DNA of 57,782 nt from Nemertoderma westbladi (GCA_032718475.1 JAUCBJ010006381.1:1-57782), one strand, 5' to 3'; shown: positions 35,018-49,175, numbered from the stretch's first letter. Notes: generated by a model not told the origin, from the sequence alone. Numbers and translations: made by a program.

Positions 35018-36934
35018 TAATTGAAGAGATACGCCTATTCCTACTATCGGAAGAGACGGTAACAATACCTGCAATATCCTACTGTAAAGTTTGTAAATCA
35101 AATCATAAATCCGACCTTCTCACCAAAACAGTAAACCCTAAGTAAGCGAATATATTGCAGTATCGATCTCTTATAACCGGTGAGGCAGAAAACAGTCTAC
35201 GAGCAGACAAACTTCGATAAAACAAAATCCCGCGCAGCGAATCCTAAAATCAGGCTGACTCACTGACGGACTAAGGGGCTCGTATACTTTGCCGCGGTGT
35301 GATTTATATAGTTGGGCAACGGGACGCTAGCTAGGTATAGAGCAGAGATTTGGAGATGTCTAACTAGCGGGCAAAGCACAGTACGGACTAAGTTAATTTT
35401 ATATATTTCGAGGTGTAAATAATTTCTAACGCGCGTGTGTTAATTCTGAACGGTCAAAAACAGTTTTGCTCCTTCACATATATAATTACTGGGTACGGTG
35501 TGCATTTTACGAATATTCTAATTTTATAACTTGTAGGTCCAATACTCACAAATGATAAGGTTCCTTCCCCTCTTGCGTATTTCCAGGACTCAAATTCAGG
35601 CATAAGGTTAATACTACGCCCAGAATTCGGCAATTTTAGGTACCAGGTCCCTGATACTAAGAAGAGATGTGTTAGTTTACTACTGTAGGCGTACGGGTAC
35701 TAATAGCTATCCTGGCTCCTATCTAGAATTTTAGTCACCCAGGTAGTCCGGGTAACTTCCTATTAGGGCGTTGGCGGGGACACGGTAGATGTTAGTATAT
35801 CCCTGATAGCCTCAATTTATTTGCGCCTAGCGTAAACTGCCCTACCGCCTGAACGGTACAATCCCAATTCAGGTGAAAACACAGCAACCCCCTTAGCCTA
35901 CAAGTTCTGATGCAATGGACACTGTCGTACTGCAAATAGTCGCACACGCACCTGTACTTAGCAAGAGTTAAGCGTACAGTTTGCTGCACCCTAACCAATG
36001 TGTATGCCTTGTACCGGTGTGCCTACGTCCTATCTGCGTACTAGTATCTGCCTGCTCTCCCCCCGTAGGAATGTGAAGGTCTACTGTGGGTTTTCCTGAA
36101 TCAAGACAGTACAGTCCTTATGATGTGTCCACTACTTCTACCTTTGATCTTTTGGTCTTATACTTAGGTAGCAAGGATCGAACGCTGTCTAACCTTTCAG
36201 GCGATGGGCGAATAACTCTAAGATGGTATTGCGGGTTGTCTCTCGTCTACATTCCCGTGATGTTCCCGTTCATTGCTGTGGCCCGATCTCTAGCCGGCCA
36301 TCCTGTCCCTGAGTTTGTTCACCGTAGTGAATCCATAGTAAAACAGAAAAGCTGAGAGAATATTCTGACTTTATTACAGAAGACACAATTATAATACAAT
36401 GTAATCTGAGAATAAACTAAGCACGACAGAATATTGATAAGATAATCTGAGAAAGATTGAGATATAAGATGTGTATAAGGTAGTAGTGTAAGTGAACTAA
36501 TGAACGAAATCGCACCTTTATATAGCCAATTTGTGCCGCAATCAATCGAGAAAATTCTCGATTGTTCTATGGGTTCTAACAAGGTTTTAAAGATAGCTTA
36601 TTGGTCCAGCTAATATATAACTTGCACGACATTGGTTACAATCAAATAACTACGGCCTTATTGGTACAGACAAATGCAATTAATTTGTAGCGGTTAATTT
36701 AAATGAGTTGAAATTCTGCACAAAAAATAATTCGCACTTACTAGGATTCGAACTCGATACCTACTACACGTATAATTTCCAACGCTCTACCAACTGAGCT
36801 ACTGAACCACTTGACCGATAGATGCATAATAGATAGAACCAATACGAATGAGAACTCAAAGCAATCTTTACAAAGTTAATTCGAATAAAATAAAATTTTG
36901 AAAATCCACGGCATTTAGGGAATATAATTCTATA
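35018..36934 (-). repeat. Element 2 3' LTR (1917 bp)
   Basis: Direct repeat of 51820-53754, differing by one ~18-bp indel, homopolymer indels and a few substitutions. Confidence 0.96.
36734..36808 (-). other. tRNA-derived sequence (Pol III A and B boxes) inside the 3' LTR; not a functional tRNA
   Basis: Minus strand GGTTCAGTAGCTCAGTTGGTAGAGCG...GAGTTCGAATCC followed by a T6 run. Acceptor stem does not pair. Confidence 0.7.
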
Positions 36935-37139
36935 CCGCTCCATGAAAACAGGATATTATCGTGCATAAAATATACGGTTTTCACCAATAATCAATCAAAC
37001 TATAGAATACTTAGGGCGTACTTACATATTTACAATTAAGTTTCAAACAATACTTCCTTTCTACGTAATGATTCGATACAAAAATAATTACAAATTCAAA
37101 CTTTACGTATTTAAGGCTTTACTAAGTAAGTACAATATA

Positions 37140-37745
37140 AATCTAAATTAAATTCACCAATATAAATCTATTGCATCTCAATATTGCATAAATTCAAACA
37201 ATTACAAATACAAATAAATGAAAACAATAAGAAAGGCTCGCGAGTCTTCCATCTACTATTGCATCTCAAATATTGCATAAATTCAAGTAATTACAAATAC
37301 TTTCGTACCTAAATGTAGATTGCATAAATTTGGAATAATTACAAATATGAGTCTTTCTGAGCACAAAATTTTCTGTCTATAAAACTTTCTCTTTAGGTAC
37401 AAATACTACTTATAAAATATAAATTGCATAATATTCGGAACAATACAAATTGCATAAGTTTGGAATAATATAAATTGTATAAGTTCGGAATAATTACAAA
37501 TATAAAATATAAATTCTTACTAAATATAAATCTTACTAAATATAAGTCTTTACTTAAATATAAATATAAACTGCATAAGTTTAGAATAATATAAACCTTT
37601 GCATCTCAAATATGAAACATAAATCTTTCAAATATAAGTTCCTTCTAAATATAAACTTTCTAAATTTCATAAATTCGGAACAATACAAATTGCATAAGTT
37701 TTCTAAATATAAAACATATAATTCAAAATAAATCACAAATCATAA
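37140..37745. repeat. AT-rich degenerate repeat array (TTGCATAA..., AAATATAAA) in the element 2 3' UTR
   Basis: Many TTGCATAAATTC / TTGCATAAGTT / ATTACAAATA units visible. Confidence 0.7.
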
Positions 37746-37785
37746 GAAAGGCCCACGAGTCTTCCGTCCATCCTTGCCCTCCCTT

Positions 37786-40700
37786 TTATCGCTTAGTTGA
37801 TCGAGCCCTGCCGCGTCCTCGAAAACTGCGCACAGGTGACTTTGCTCGCGATATGGGACTAATGGGGCGAGTCACTGGTTTACTTGGGACGTTGAGAGAC
37901 GGTGCAACTATTTCCTCGCAAATTCGTCTATTTGGCATCCCAAAACCTCGACCAATTCCTCGTGACCGATCAGTCGTCACTACAGTTGGTAGAACGTCTG
38001 GGAACGCGTGAGAAGCGGACGACGCAGACCCAATAGTAGCTTGCGCCCCCTGTTGATCAGCTGGTGTATGTCCCGATCCTCCTACCGGTTCTCTTGGAAG
38101 TGATACCGTATCCCGAGTAACTCGAATAGTCGGCTCAACTCCCTTGCGTTCTTCTACATTAATAATTTTCTTCAATTGTTGGCCCACCTTCTGGACCCGT
38201 ATGATCCTACCCTGCCCGTCCTCCCGAGGGTGACGTGCAGACGGCGCAACCGGAGTGGCTGATATATTCGTCGCCTCTAGGACCTCCTCTTCCTCGAATA
38301 CGCTCGCTCGTATACGTTTGTGGTAAAACGCGGCTCGGTACGCCCATGCGACGGTTAACCAAGCTCCCTTGTTCCGCTTTTCAGTTCGGAAACGATCGAA
38401 TTCACCATACGTAATCCGATTAACGACTTTCTGAAAATTCCACGTGTTTTTGTTATCCGGGTGAATCTGTAGTAGATACTCGCGCACCACTCGGAATCCG
38501 CTGTCGTGGGGCAAAATATCGACAACCTCGATAAGTTCGTCATATTGAGGCATAGCGGAGATGTATCCTTCCGACATCATCGTCTGGGGATTTACCGCCC
38601 AAAATCCGAGATGCGCTCTCATCGGAAACCGTCTTCTCTGTGCCGATACATGTTCGTCGGCTAAATCTTCCCACTCATCAAATAACTTCCTCACAAGTTT
38701 TACAGATTCGTGTTCATAAGGTATATCTCTCAGTTGGCATTCAGATGCTCGATGTCCCTTTATATTGCAGTAAGTACATTGAGCCATAAATCTCCAGCAA
38801 GTATAAAAGGTATGAGACCCTTGATCCCCACACCATCCACAGATTAGCTGAGTCGTAGTAATGTGCTTTCCACTGCACTTTGCCATATGATGTCCAGCGA
38901 CGCCACATTTACTACACATCGTATTGGCAGGGTACCACACTCGTTCGTATATAAGATCTCCAATCGGTCGAGCGCTTCCTCCCATACTATAATCGTAATC
39001 ATCTGGGTCTATGGGTTGGTAGGTTTCTGAAGGTTGTATGCAAACTATAGCATCTGTTGCTTCAAGTTGTCGAATCTCCGTCTGAGATTTCTTCGGGAGG
39101 TTCCTTTCTATCTCAAGAAGTTCCTCTAAAGGATCGTCGGCGATCGTAGTAGTTACTTCGAATTCATCACCAAGGTGACCGATAGGCGCGCGCGTCTGCC
39201 GTGATTCATCCGTAATCTCCACGATACGTTCTCCTTCATAGGGTAACAATGTAAACATAGATGGTCTTTCGATAAGAGATCCCGCACAGCGAAGATACAC
39301 GTCTCGAAATATAATAAATCCTGCTCGAGTAAAGGCATTACACTGAGCGTCGGAGTTGTAGAAGGGTTCAAGGAATCGTCTAAACACGTCGGTACGAATT
39401 CTCCCTTCCATGTAGAACGTATGATCTTCTCCGAGACAAAGTGGATGTCTTTTGAGAGTCCGAGACACGATGTCGGCGATTAGGCAAACATTCACTGACG
39501 ACTCTATTGCTAAATAATATTGTAAGACCGCTCTTGGAGGTGACGTAATAGCCCAATACACGCATCCTCTCCATTTAAGCTGTGATTCAAACTCACTCAT
39601 ATCTGGAGTATCACCTTCTCCATAAGTTTCAATATACTTGTTTCTTTTACCTTCCTTATAATCCCAATTGAATAACAGGTAGGAAATGTATCCAGTTCCA
39701 GTCTTCTGAGTATTATACTCACGAAAATATCCCTGTTCTATAGACCACAGAATAAGAGGTCGAGTGTCGACGTATGGTGTCGGTAGTCGGTCATCGCTGT
39801 CCGTCATGCCGGCGAAGTCGCTAATTAAATCCTCCCTTACTCCTGATCCAACCTTTACAACAGTTTTATCTAAAATCATGTTTCTTACCATCTTCGGTAG
39901 CATTCTAGCGTCAATATTACAAGCTTGGTCCATCTTCTTTACTATATCGGTGATAAGATGGTGTCGCTTTGTATTCGCTGGAGGTATCGGCATTCGTTTG
40001 TCGCTCCTCTGTCTACTGAAAACGTGCAGGACTCCGTCCGCCGCTCTAATCTGTATAGTCTTAGAAGTCAAACTCTGCTGATGACTGCCGCCCTCGTTAT
40101 CGTAAAACATATAACCGTTTTCCTGAAACGATCTAAACGTCCTAGTCCATTCGTCCAACAATTCTTCCGAAGGTTGCCAAATCTTCTCTATATCCTTATC
40201 CTCATCGAAACGAATAACCTTACCTCGCCAATCTGCGGCAATATCTGTATCCGACTCGAAGGTTCCGGTTCCAATCCATAAACGAATCGTCTTGGTTAGA
40301 TATCCTTTCAGATTACTCGGAGCGATATCGGCACCAGCTCTATCCAGTTCCTTAAAATCTTGGATATGAGGTGGAACGTTGTTCACGACCTTTTTGAGTA
40401 ATATGTCTACGTAAATCATATATCTTACTCATATCGCTGAAAACAACTGCAGGAAGAAACTCCAAGTTTGAAATGATTTCTGGATGATCCACGATGGGTA
40501 TTTCGTACATCGTATCCTGTCGGACTGGTATACTAATAGGGAAATTGAGTGTCGTACTCAATGGTTTCGTAGCTGAAGTACTATACGGTTGCATTTCTCT
40601 TGGTCTCTCCGGGGATGCAATCTGTAATCTCTGAATAACGTTTTGAGCAAAGTTTATGCTCTCGAAAACTTCCGGTGTCATCTCCTTAGCTGAAGTTTGA

Positions 40701-41512
40701 TCGTGTGACGTCCAATGGCAAGGTAGGCTCGCGAGTCTTCCACCCCATTCTTCCATCTCACCTTTCTCGAAAGCCTTGTAGGCTCTGTATAGGCTAAGAG
40801 CTTCTTTCTTTTCGCGGGTTGACTGATTCGCCTCGTCCAGCGTAAGTTCAAATACATCGGGTTCAACAACCTTAGGTGGGTAAATGACAGTTTCTCCCGC
40901 CTTTGGTCCGGTCATAGCAAATGAATGATATGGATTCGATAAAGGATACCCTCCTTCCTGGTAGCGTAGTTGTTGATGATTCGAACACCTCGCCAATATC
41001 GGTTCGGGATTTTCCTTATTCAAACGCATCGGAATCGCATTTCGTTGTTCGCGCATACAAGAACCGCATTGATAATAAAGTTTATAAACTGAAAATGCTT
41101 CCTTGGTTTCTCTATCGTCCCCTCGAGTTCGTCTGTAAAGATGCATTCCATCGAATTCATCGCGTACCGCGGGCATAGGTTCGTGCGCCTTTAGGTATTG
41201 CATGGTATGATACAAACGACTAATTTCAGTATCGGGGTCTTCGCTAATGTCTCCCGTATCACACAAAGCATCGTACGGGTAAAGTTCGTTGAAGGTTTGG
41301 CGCAAACTTTCGATTCTTTCGTTTAATGCGTTTTGCCTTCTTTTTAATACGTTCGAGTCATATTTAGTTCTCGCGAGTTTCGCTGTACTTTCCGATAATT
41401 CTTTTATACCAAATATAGTATAATCCTTGGCTCCAAATCTTTCAAATGGCGCTGCTGCCTCCTCTTGGATATCATATCCCCATCTCGGCTCTCCTTGTAT
41501 CCCTTTCTCCAT
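37786..41512 (-). CDS. Element 2 ORF2 (~1240 aa when joined): CxxC..CxxH domain, DEDDy-type 3'-5' exonuclease, three CCHC knuckles; one frameshift at the T-run 40391-40395
   Basis: ORFs 40352-41512 and 37786-40419 align to consecutive parts of element 1 ORF2: EISRLYHTMQYL vs ELKRLYFTMMYL; MFYDNEG; LPKMVRNMILDKTVVKVGSGVREDL; YVDT; QYYLAIE; CSKC/CGWC/CTYC knuckles. Removing one A gives HITQKVVNN. Confidence 0.8.
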
Positions 41513-44076
41513 AATTAGGGTGTAGTTACATAATCATTACTACTAGAGGGAATACAACAGAGTTTGTAGTTAGTTGTGAGGAGACGTGAGAGTTTCGTCT
41601 GCCCTTTGGGCTCGACAACGCTCTAACCTCCTACCCATAGCCTAAGATCTAGGGTTTCTTTAATGACACGCTGCTTCTTATCTAAAATTTTTTGCCGAAA
41701 TAAAAACGAATTTGGGCTAAACTGGCCGTGAGTCTAAAATACTCACTTTTTGATCCCAAACTATTATCAGAAAATAAGCAGTCAAAAATTAGTAATAAAT
41801 ATAGGGGAGTCTATTTTGACGTAACTTATTGAAACAAGACCGTGTAAAATTTTATTAAAATTTTAAGAAAGGCTCGCAAGTCTTCCTCTCTTGTTTCTCT
41901 AATTTTAAGTTCCACCCGACTGTACCCTGAAATCTATTCACTGGAGAAAATTTTAAAAATTTTCAAATCCAAATGGATTGTCTAAAATTTCGAAAATGTC
42001 TCAATATTGTGAGTTCCAAGTAGAATTCCATTTCTTATACCTATAAATCCCGCTCCTATGTGACACATAAGGGTACTACCCTCAATGTTCACATATAAAG
42101 ACAATGGAATTCTACCGCTGTCCTTACTACGGTGTACAGGTACGTGGAAATCTATTTGTAAACTCCTAATTATTTACTAGTGTTAGGTGGAGATTTGTAG
42201 TCTCCAGACTCGTTACGAGTCTCTTCAAGAAGTACGAGACGTTGAGTCGGTCTGTCTACTGTACGACCGTCAATTGTCCGTACCGTCACAGTTCTTGTCA
42301 CTCCATCCATAGATGGATGTGTGGCTAAAATGACACCTGTTATCCAGAAGCGTCTTTTTAGATTCACTTCTGCCAACAGCACGTGATCTCCCGGCTTTAA
42401 TGCGCGGGTGTTATTGTACCAGTTTGTTCTGGCAGAAATAGAGGGCAAATAATGGTTTTGCCATATTTCCCAGAATTTGTTAGCCAGTAGTTGCGTGATT
42501 TTCCACGCTTTTCTACCGTAACTGTCGCTTTCTATTGGAATAGAAATCGGCGTTAATGTCGTCGGTGCCTGCATAAGCAGGTGTGCCGGTGTTAAAGCAA
42601 ACTGGGATTGTTTGTCATCGGGTACTAATACTATTGGTCTAGTATTTAGTATTGCCTCGATTTCAACAAACAATGTTGTCAGTTGGTCGTCTGTTAATAT
42701 GTGGTTTACTGGAATGACCTTTGCCATGGCTGTCTTTATAGATCTAATCAATCTCTCCCAGACTCCGCCTCTCCAAGGACTATCTGGAGGATTAAACTTC
42801 CAAACAATCTTGTGAGGTTGTAGTTCGTTCGAGATTTGATCATGATCTAATTTCTTAAAGGCTCTAGCAATCTCATTCCGAGCACCAACAAAGTTTGTCC
42901 CTTGGTCTGAGTACAAGCATTTCACTAGTCCGCGTCTAGCGATAAATCGCCGCAGTGCTAGTATAAACGCGTTGGTGGAAAGATCCATCACACGTTCAAT
43001 GTGAACTGCCCTACTGGACATACATGTGAAAATCAGTCCCCAGCGTTTTACTAGTATACGTCCACGTTTCGTATGTATGGGACCAAAGCAATCAATTCCA
43101 GTCTCTGTAAAAGGTGGTCTGAATGCTTGAAGTCGTGCTTGTGGTAGTTCACTCATTTCTTGGGTACCTATTCTAGAATGTACCTTTTTACAAATAATAC
43201 ACGTACGTGTCACTGAACTTAACGCTTTACTGGGTCTAATTAATACAAATCTAGTACGTAAGTAGGAAAGACAGTGGTGTCTTCCAGCGTGTTTCAGATG
43301 TAAATGTGCGTCCAGTATCATTGCACGTTGTAGTTCGTGATGTTGCGGTATTATTATTGGGTACCTAAAGTTTGTGTTAAAGTCAATGTTTTGAAGCCGA
43401 GATTTATGACAAATTAAGCCATTATAAATTATCGGACTCCAACTCAGTATCGGTGACGACTTGATTGGTTGACCTTGATTTATGGATGTGAATTCGCGCG
43501 CGAAATATCGCAGTTGATAATGGCGAATTAATATAATTTCACACCTGTCAATCTCAGCCAATGTAAGTCGACGTGTAAAGTCACGTTTGCCTTTAACGTA
43601 TTGTACAAAACGTACAATCCACGCTAATTTTCGGCAAGCGTTTGACCAAGAGTCTGTTAAGTTTACAATACGGTCGACGTAAGTATTTGTGACGTCATCA
43701 GGTAAGTCAATGGAGATTTTGGAAGGTTTTGAATTACTAGAAGGGCCCACGGGTCCGCCGGTAAGTATTCCCTTGTTGACTGTTGATCCGTCCGGGTCTA
43801 CAAGTAATTTGTCCTTCTTTGTCTTCTTACCTTGATTGTCGGTACTTTGTAAGTCGATCGTTAATGGTGGTTTGAACTCTATGGGGTCAGCAGGTTTCGG
43901 TAAACTTATTTTCCTGCCGACATTAATCCCAGGTTTCACCATAGGTTGTAAGTTCGGTATGTCTCTTGAGCGCAGAGTAACACCTGTATTTACATTAGCG
44001 TAGGTACTACCCACATCTGTAATACATGAGGTTTCACCGTGCTTATGGTTGCTCAAGTGTGTCAAAATTGGTAGTT

Positions 44077-44370
44077 TGTCAATACAAGGCCGCTCCAATA
44101 GGGAAACTGCGGCTTTACTGTTAGTTGATACATTACTAATGTCCGGTAGAACATTTTGTGATGTTTCTGACAAAATGTCTAGTCGACTGTCTAGTAATGT
44201 GTCTGGCGATACGTCTGGTAACGTATCTGGTTGTTTGTCAATAGAAGGCCGCTCCAATAGGGAAACTGCGGCTTTACTGTTTGTCAGTATGTCACTAGTG
44301 TCTGGTAGAATGTCTGGTTGACCGTCTAGTAACGTGTCTGGTTGACCGTCTGGCGATATGTCTGGTGTAG
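44077..44370 (-). repeat. Duplicated low-complexity insert between RNase H and integrase
   Basis: TNSKAAVSLLERP occurs twice, with several PDTLLD/PDILPD units. Confidence 0.8.
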
Positions 44371-47300
44371 AAAGGCTCGCAAGTCTTCCTCTCTTGACCT
44401 TTGAAGTTATATCTTTCCATTTCGCCTTCGGTTTTTTCTTGAGTTTTGCCGCCGTCGTCCTTTTCTTTGTCTTCCCCTTTTTTGGTTTCTTGATTTCGGC
44501 GTCCTTAGGAATGGTGTTGGACTTGTTGTCGTATAACGGAGGCCAATCTTGTGTCGATTTCTGCAAGAACTGGGGTCCGTGTTGCCAAAACTCTTTGTTC
44601 TCCGGTTTACAGAATTCCTCAGGCATCATTCCTCGCGACGCAATATCAGCTGGGTTTTGTGGTCCGGGACAATGTCGCCAATCCTCTTTTATTGAACGGT
44701 CTAGTATTTCCGCGCGACGGTTAGCTACGAATGTCTTGAATTCGAGTGTGTCGTTGTTTATGTAAAATAAAACCAACGTCGCGTCAGTCCAATAAAATAT
44801 CTGTAAACTCGATTGTAGTTCTGTCTGTATGAGGTTCACGATGGTGGTTGACAGGGTCGCGGCTTGTAGCTCGGCTCGTGGTGTCGTCATATACTTAGTA
44901 GGCATGGTCTTAGCCTTAGAAGTAATGAGCAAAACATCGAACTCGTCCGATTCTACTTGTCTGCGCAAATACGCTGCCACACCAAAACCGTTGTCACTGG
45001 CGTCAGAAAAACAGTGTAGTTCCAAGTTGTCAGGAAATGTACTCTGTAATGGAAAGTAAACCCTGGGTATGAAATAATCCTCTAGTGAAGATAATTCCGC
45101 CTCCCAGGTTTTCCATAAGTCCACTTGGTCTGATGAGATCGGCTCGTCCCATGTTAGTCCATCCTTCCATATACTGCGCATATAAATGCGGGCTTGCAGT
45201 ATCACTGGACTGATGAATCCTAACGGATCGAACAATCGGCTCAATTTTGACAAGCATGATCTCTTGGTCAGTGTGTTTCCTTGACTGTCCAGTCTCACCT
45301 TCACTCGAAAGTTGTCTGTGTTTGGGTCCCAAAAGAGCCCCAACACCTTAGTCGTCGGTAGTGGTTCGAACTCTAGGTCTATGTCACCACCTCCACGCTC
45401 AGTAGTTCCGAATGAGTCAACTAATTCGGCACTGTTTGAGGCGAATTTGGTGAGGTTAAAACCTCCGCCCGCCAAGCAGTCCCGTAATTGATGTGCTACT
45501 GTTGTAGCACGTTCTACTGTGTCGCAACTCTGTAATCCGTCATCAACGTAAAAGTCACGTTCTACAATTCTAATTATCTCTGGGTCATACAGATGTTTCT
45601 GATCTCTAGCGGCTTGCTTCAAGGCGTACATCGTACAATTTGGGCTGTCTCTGGCACCGAAAACGCGAACTTGCATTTGGTAAGTCGCTGGTGGTAGACT
45701 TAAGTCCCCTTCCGGATACCAGAGAAACCGCAAACTGTCTCTGTCTCACTCTAACGCTTTTACTTGGTGAAACATCGCTTCAACGTCGCAAGTAAAGGCT
45801 ACTTGGCGCTGACGGAAGCGCATAATCACCCCCATAAGATAATTATTCATGTTCGGTCCATCCATCAACTCACTATTGAGGGACATTCCCTCAAATAGAG
45901 CCGCACAATCATTGACTACGCGTACTTTATCTGGTTTGTCGGGGTGTCTCACATAGTGATGTGGCAGGTAGTATGTCTGGTCGGTCACTCGCTCCGGGTT
46001 AGTCATTCGGATAGCGTATCCTTCAGTCAAATACGTCTCCATCTGAGTGTTGTACTGCAGATGGGCTTTCTCGTCCTTTAATAGACGTTGTCGTATTGAG
46101 TGTAGACGTCTTAAAGCCAGTGGGTAGTTATTTATAAGTTTAGGACTTTGGCTACGCCATAACATCCCCACCTCGTAATGTCCATCCTCCGTCTGTCGGA
46201 TAGTCTCTTCCATGATCTTCAGAGATTGTTTCTCCTGTTCCGACATACAAGGTTCGTAGCTACCAGGTTCAGCTGTATCTTGTTCTAACCACCTGATAGT
46301 CTTCTCCGTTAATTCTTTGTCCAAGGCGGCTTGTTCCAACTGATGAATTTTCAACGCATCATCGTCGATATCGACGGGCACTGTTGAGGTTATTGAGGTA
46401 GGTAGACTCGCAAGCCTATCATCTGTCGTCGATGGAATCTCTAGCTGATTTGTCTTCTCCCCAAGTTCTAAACTCACCTTGTGGGTTAGCTGCTCCTTGT
46501 GACTTATCATACTAGTTACACGTCTGTCATGTTTTGTCGACTGTAGTGTAGTATGATCCACGTCGTGTGAAAAGGAATGAATTGAATTTGTAGTCAATAA
46601 ACTACATGTACTCTGTACATCGTCTTCCTCGTCACTTACGTCTAGTGTGCGCACAGGCGCTCGAGTATACCACCCTATCGGCGTTCTGCAGGCGTATGCG
46701 TTTCCTGCTACAACTGCCGATGGTCTGGTTTCCCACACCTGATGTAGGTTGAATTGGTCCGTCCCGATCAGCATTGCTACCGATCTATAATTGACAGGAC
46801 ATTCGGGTACACCAAGGTGTCTGAAATACTTACGGTCCTCCAGAGATTGTTCCGGCACTGGACCTAGTAGGTTACTAAAGTCCTTCGTGGCCGCAAAGGT
46901 TAAATCTCTAAAAGGTAACAAAGACCTCTCCCTCTCGCTGTGTTGCGATTTTGGAAGAAGAGAGTCTAAGTCCAACTTAACTCGTGTCACTGGTATTGCA
47001 CGCTGGCCGTGCATACTACTTACTGTATAACTGACGTGTTTACCTTGTCTGAGATCTGTTACGACGTCAGCTATCTTTTCATCCACGTAACTGTGAGATG
47101 AGGCTGAGTCTAGAATCGCGTAAATCCTCTTACTCCCCTTTGTGCCAGTAACCTTAATCGGGATTACACTGAATCCCTTCAGTTGATCAGTGGTCAGGAG
47201 CGCGATCGACGGTTGTTCGTCTCCATTAGAATATTCATCGTCGTCTTCTAATTCTTCGTCCGACGATCCGGATTGTTCTGAGAAGCAATCCTCAATATGG

Positions 47301-48866
47301 GTCACGAAGGTCGGAGTCGTTTTCGATTCTCGTTTTCGGTAGGCCGCATCACATCTCGCTGCTGCTTCCGGGTGTTCCCTGGCGAAGCGTTTCGTCGGCG
47401 TGTGGCTGTCTGTGTGGAGCAGACCGTCGTGGTTGCGTCCACAGGATGGACAAGTGTCAGTATTTGGGCAATCCTTGCGCACGTGTCCGTGTCGCGTACA
47501 CCGCCAACAAGAGTCCAGTGGCCGTATCTGCAGCCGTCGTTCTTCCGAGTTCAACTCGCGAAATTGTCGACAACCTCGTAACTTGTGACCAATATACCGC
47601 TTACCTAGATGTTCGCAGTATTGGCAGCCGTTGAAGTCGGTGCTGAGTTGCTGTCTCGTCTGTTTCGTCCCAATGGGCGCAGATACTCTATTACCATCTG
47701 AGAATTGTCGTGATTCCGTCGGTGTGGCGTAAGTGGCCGTCTTTGTGGATGTTGTCTGGGGTTTTTGTCGGTTGGAGGATGGCAGTGTGATCCCTTCTGC
47801 CACGATGTGCTGGTCGGTATAGTTAGATCGAGTTTCTACTACCGCCTCCCTGGATATTAAAAGGTACACATCTTCTAATTTTAAGAATCCTCCCCGCTCC
47901 TCCCGCTGGTATTCGACCTTCCTCCACTCCCGACGAAGTCGATGGTGGAGTCGTCCTATTATCTTTAATAGAACTGTAGGGGTATTCCCGTAATCAAGTT
48001 GTCCAATTGATCTTAAGGTAGTGATAGCGTTCTTGATCTCATCAGCCAGTTTTAGTAAGTCGACGGGTTTAGTGATAGCCCCTCCCTTACAGAGTTCCTC
48101 TATTACTGACCTGGCCATACTCACTGTACCTCCGTATATCGAAGTCAAACGATCGTACGCTAGTTCGAAAGCGTCCGGTACACCGACGAAGGTCTCCGCC
48201 AAACGTTTAGGTTCTCCTGACAACGTTTGGAGCAGGTAATTGAACTTCTCCCGTGATGTAAAGGCGCACACGGCGATCTGGGATTCGATATAGTCTACGA
48301 AGGTATGCCAGTGTTTTGAGCTACCGGAAAACTTCGGTGGTTGTTGTACCGGCAATCCCTGTCTGGCTGCGAATTTCGCTATCTCCTCGGCAACGTTCAG
48401 AGTTTCGCGTCCTTGGTTGGTAACTTGGTTGATATCCCTTCTTGGCGCTTTTCCCTGATACGATGTGGAGTTTGAAGGTACCGGTCTTTGTGGTCCCTTC
48501 GGGTGTCTATTGTGTTCGAATTCGGAATTTCTCGAACTGTCGGTTTGAACTTCCTCCAGACGCTCCTCGATCTGAGCCAACTTATTGACAACTGGTCGCA
48601 GAATGTCGGCGAACTGTTGTGTACTAATTGCGTCCGTTGGTTGTAACGCCTTCTGTGTTGGTGTATTCTGTGGAGGATTATCTGCAAAAGAGTTGTCTGA
48701 ACGCTCGCGTTTATATTCATCGGCCGCCCCCGTTCTAAATACCTCGCGTTTCGGGTAATCCGATTCGCTCGAAGTACTACTATCATCTGGATATGGTGGT
48801 CGACGTGCTCGCGTCCGTTGCGTCGTACTAATTCTAACGGTTCGTTTCGGAACATCGTCTCGCTTT

Positions 48867-49175
48867 CGTTGTTCGGTAGGCTCACAAGTCTTCCTCGAAG
48901 TCGTAGATTGCGATGTAAACTGGTTGAACGGTCGCGTCTCTGTTCTCCGTTGTTCGGTAGGCTCACAAGTCTTCCTCGAAGTCGTAGATTGCGATGTAAA
49001 TTGGTTGAACGGTCGCGTCTCTGTTCTCCGTTGTTCGGTAGGCTCACAAGTCTTCCTCGAAGTCGTAGATTGCGATGTAAATTGGTTGAACGGTCGCGTC
49101 TCTGTTCTCCGTTGTTCGGTAGGCTCACAAGTCTTCCTCGAAGTCGTAGATTGCGATGTAAATTGGTTGAACGGT
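48867..49175 (-). repeat. 81-bp (27-aa) in-frame tandem repeat, ~3.8 copies, in Gag
   Basis: PFNQFTSQSTTSRKTCEPTEQRRTETR repeated; period checked at 48867 and 48948. Confidence 0.95.

Noticed and set aside
36734-36808. Functional tRNA gene
   Set aside because: D- and T-loop motifs are present, but acceptor and anticodon stems do not pair; kept only as a tRNA-derived cassette.
40391-40395. Programmed frameshift in element 2 ORF2
   Set aside because: The element 1 homologue is continuous; a single extra base in a homopolymer is more simply mutation or sequencing error.
45746-45748. Programmed stop-codon readthrough in gag-pol (also 24925-24927 and 10275-10277)
   Set aside because: The stops fall inside RT or connection regions at different positions in each element; the element 2 stop aligns to Arg in element 1, consistent with a point mutation.
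48867-49175. CRISPR-like array (also considered for 17191-17345 and the dispersed 17-bp motif)
   Set aside because: Units are tandem without unique spacers, or irregularly dispersed; context is a eukaryotic retrotransposon with no cas genes.
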